64,000 nt of DNA from Squalus acanthias. Its lineage: Eukaryota. The notes below the pieces were generated by a model, which saw only the letters and a program-made list of their open reading frames with translations, did not search any database and was not told where the DNA came from. Position numbers and translations under genes: made by a program. Below, piece by piece: positions 60,899-64,000 of this stretch (position 1 is the first letter of the stretch; each line of letters starts with the position of its first letter). Location of the stretch: the NCBI GenBank assembly GCA_030390025.1, contig CM059425.1, positions 169,076,001 to 169,140,000 of the forward strand, in the 5' to 3' direction.

Positions 60899-61077
60899 CA
60901 TTTTGTTCTTGTAATAGTAGAAGTAGCCGTTGTGTTTTAAAACAAACCACCTCTTTCTCCAACCCTTCAGAAATCCAGATTGAGTGCGCTTATGCAAGTA
61001 TCCACGGCATGCTGGCCTTGGGGTGTTAGGGCATCGACTGATATCTGACCCTACTATGAGGGTCAGAATGTCTGGAC
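60899..61077 (-). CDS. PDZPH1: PDZPH1 internal exon (GPDILTLIVGSDISRCPNTPRPACRGYLHKRTQSGFLKGWRKRWFVLKHNGYFYYYKNKM)
   Basis: AG at 61079-61078, GTGAGA donor at 60898. 179 nt. PDZ last strand (LTLIV) followed by a classic PH start GYLHK...W.KRWFVL...YY. Upstream exons lie beyond the window. Confidence 0.92.
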
Positions 61078-61284
61078 CTAGAAATTGAAATATAAAAATG
61101 ACAGTTAACTATCTAATATTATTGCATTATTAGCTGTTCTGAGTGAATATGGCATTTTATTGAGGGGCCAGTCTCAATTTTCAAAATTCTCACAAGAGTG
61201 CAGAATACTTTGGATTGGGAGGAGAGGTTTATATTCAATTTCTAATTTTTACAATAATGCTTTTTCAAGAGAGGGTCTTGTTCT

Positions 61285-62540
61285 CAAGTCAGATGTGTGA
61301 TGGAATACTCACCACTTGCCTGGATGTGTGCAGCTGCAACAACATCCAAGAAGCTCAACAACATTGAGGACAAGAGAAGTTCACTCAATTGGTGCCCCTG
61401 TAGATTTCAAAAAAACCAGTACAATAGCAAAATGCTGAAAGCCTGTTTGGCCCAGTGGTAAGGACATGAAACGGTTAAACTTCAAGGCACAGAAAAGGTG
61501 CCAGTCATCAAAGTCTGCAGTTCTTGGAGAACACATTGATACTAGACAATGAAAGCTTTGACTCATGATTAACTCTGAAAAGGACATTGACATTGAACTG
61601 TGAGGCCTTGAATCCTGATTGGTTTCGATGGGAAAAATTAACATCTGGACAATGCTCTGAGTTTAACTGAAACAATGGGGGTCACGATCGACTTCCTGAC
61701 ATGAATGGAAGATACACAAGTCCCGAGCAGACAATCAGCCAACCGCCCATCAACAGTAATAGAAATCATATTGAATATGCGTTACAGAAAGCAGGAGAGG
61801 AGATAAGGAGTTATCTTCGATCTCACAGCTCTGTATACCTCCGGTGATTGGATTACAGGTTGACGAGGTGTGAATGTCGGACAGTTCAGCAAACCGACAA
61901 CCAAAACTTGTTGGGGGAGGCCCAGCATGGGGCCAGGTGACTAAAAGAACTATAAGAAGGAACCACACCACAGCTCTCTCTCTCTCTCTCTCTCTCGGAA
62001 GCTAGCTCTGACTACAGCAACTGCCAGGTGTAAGAAGGAAGGGAAGACGGTCATCTCCAGCTCCCAGCCTGCAATCGACATCGGCCACGACCAGCCGGAC
62101 GGGTGATTGTAAGTATCAGTTGACTCGACAAGGGGTTTGCGCTGTGTAGGCAGCTGCAGTCAGATAAAGGAGGATGGGGACAGGTCATCTCCGATCCAGG
62201 CCGACAATCCACAACGGTAACGACCGGCCGGATGGGTGATTGTAAGTTTCAGTCAAATCTCAACAGGGTTTTTGTCCGTGTTTTGTTGGTTTTAATAAAC
62301 TAACAGTTTTGGGCTGAACCTAAACCTTTGTGTCATCTACCATTTTGTTCCTGTAAAACCCAGAGTCAAAGAACCCTTGAAAGGATGAGGAAACCAAACA
62401 CCTTACACCCCTGCCATTGGACACAATATCCAGCCCTTCTACTACTTTTTGACTGCGGCTTCAGTGTGTAATTTCTACAGGATGCAGCAACTCGCCAAGC
62501 TTACTTGGAATGTACATCCTAGTCCCACAACTTCTATCAC
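61285..62540 (+). mobile_element. Old family-B-like LINE fragment split by the solo LTR
   Basis: gtgatggaatactcaccacttgcctggatg...attggtgcccc, then resumes cccctgcc...cagcaactcgccaag after the LTR. Confidence 0.7.
61399..62407 (+). mobile_element. Solo LTR (1009 bp; Gypsy or ERV)
   Basis: TGTA...TACA ends, 4-bp TSD CCCC (61395-61398, 62408-62411), TATAAG at 61951, AATAAA at 62294. Confidence 0.85.
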
Positions 62541-62544
62541 CACC

Positions 62545-63905
62545 AACAACAACTTGCATTTGTATTGTGCCTTTTATGTAGAGAAATATCCCACAGAGGG
62601 AAAAAAATGGATACTCAGCTAAGAAAGAGATATTACAAGGGGAGACAAAAAGCTTGGCTAAAGAGGTGGGTTTTAAAGAGGGTGCTCCAGGAGGAGAGGG
62701 AGGTGGAGAGGCAGGGGGTTTACAGAGTGATTTACAGAATGTGGGCGTAGGTAGCTGAAGGTATAATTGCCAATAGTGGGGCAGAGGGAGGGGAATACAC
62801 AAAAGGCTGGAGTAAGAGGAACAGAGAGTTATGGGGAGTTGTAATGCTGGAGGAGTTTACAGAGAAAGGAAGGGCTGAGGCCATGGAGGGATTTAAACAG
62901 GAGAATGGGAATTTTAATTTTGAGGCATTGAGGGACCTGCAGTTAATGTATATCAACAAGGACATGGGTGATGGACAAATGGGACTTGATGGGGATAGGA
63001 TAATGAAACAAACTTTGCATGCGTTGAAGGTTACGGAAGATGGACGATGGGAGGCCAGTGAGGCGAACATTGCACTGACTGATTCTGGGAGTGACAAAGG
63101 CAAAGTGATGAGGATTTCAGTGGCAGATGGGCGGAGGCTGGGGCTGGGGCAGAGGCTGGGGCTGGGGCTGGGGCGGAGGCTGGGGCTGGGGCGGAGACTG
63201 GGGCTGGGGCTGGGGCAGAGGCTGGGGCTGGGGCGGAGGCTGGGGCGGAGGCTGGGGCTGGGGCGGAGACTGGGGCGGAGGCTGGGGCTGGGGCGGAGAC
63301 TAGGGCGGAGGCTGGGGCGGAGGCTGAGGCTGGGGCGGAGGCTGGGGCTGGGGCTGGGGCTGGGGTGGAGGCTGGGGCGGAGGCTGGGGCTGGGGCGGAG
63401 GCAAGGGCTGAGGCTGGGGCGGAGGCGGAGGCGGAGGCTGGGGCGGAGGCTGGGGCCTGGGCGGAGGCTGAGGCGGAGGCCGGGGCGGAGGCTGGGGCGG
63501 AGGCTGGGGCGGAGGCTGGGGCGGAGGCTGGGGCTGGGGTGGAGGCTGGCAGTGTCACAGAGGAAGGAGGCGGTCTTTGTGTAGGAAGGGAAGGGAAGCT
63601 CAGCTCAGGATTGAATAGGATGCCCAGGTTGTGAATAATCTGGTTTATCCTGAAAAAGTGTCCAGGAGAGGAGATGAAGTTGGTATTGAGGGTACGGAGT
63701 TTGTGGGAGGGGTTGTAGATGATGGCTTTGGGGTCCAAAGACAATATGCCTTTGGTCTTCCCACTATTCAGCCGGATGAAATTGCGGCCCATCTGAGATT
63801 GGACCTTGGAAAAGCAGTCTGACAACACAGATGTGGTGAAGGGGTTAAAAGAGGTGATGGAGGGGTAGAGCTGGGTGTCATCAGCAGACATGTGGACGCT
63901 AACAC
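62545..63905 (-). mobile_element. L2 LINE 3' portion
   Basis: MSADDTQLY...HNLGILFNPELSF; (CAA)n tail near 62545. Confidence 0.85.
63129..63548. repeat. G-rich minisatellite of GGCTGG / GGCGGA hexamers
   Basis: ~420 bp of interleaved hexamers inside the L2. Confidence 0.95.
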
Positions 63906-63908
63906 TAT

Positions 63909-64000
63909 GGGCTCGATTTTGCCAGTGTGGGCTGACTGGGGCGTGCCAGGTGGGATTCGTGTCAGGACCCCGACGCCGAAGTGAAGTGTTGAAAAATTGC
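63909..64000. mobile_element. Left end of another Harbinger-type element, running out of the window
   Basis: Begins gggctcgatttt after tat, resembling the GGGCTGGATTTT TIR at 41789; interrupts the L2. Confidence 0.55.

Noticed and set aside
62844..63891. Long ORFs 62844-63584 (RRLGLG repeats) and 63031-63891 (APASAP repeats) as novel proteins
   Set aside because: Products of a stop-free hexamer minisatellite inside a decayed L2.

Overview
Vertebrate genomic DNA, very likely a cartilaginous fish, judged by the HER1-like CR1 LINEs, an HE1-like V-SINE and Deu-domain SINEs. Two host genes converge. On + is the single coding exon of MACIR/C5orf30 (5053-5676), followed by a ~5.9 kb transposon-free stretch that is probably a long 3' UTR. 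On - are the last six coding exons of an apparently intact PDZPH1-like PDZ/tandem-PH gene (61077 to stop at 33507), reconstructed by hand with GT-AG sites and consistent phases; the ORF track does not show them as a gene. Most of the rest is transposons: three PIF/Harbinger families (transposase plus Myb/SANT partner) with deletion derivatives and MITEs, CR1 and L2 LINEs, a compact apparently ORF1-less LINE, DeuSINEs, hAT elements, a solo LTR, and Penelope-type fragments carrying minimal hammerhead ribozyme motifs. The most unusual observations are the hammerhead motifs, MITEs loaded with perfect (sometimes palindromic) 5' splice sites and hairpin cassettes, and the ORF1-less LINE with a SINE-like leader. 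No prokaryote-type system (CRISPR, operon) is supported. Family names come from motif recognition, not database searches, and repeat boundaries without a stated TSD are approximate.
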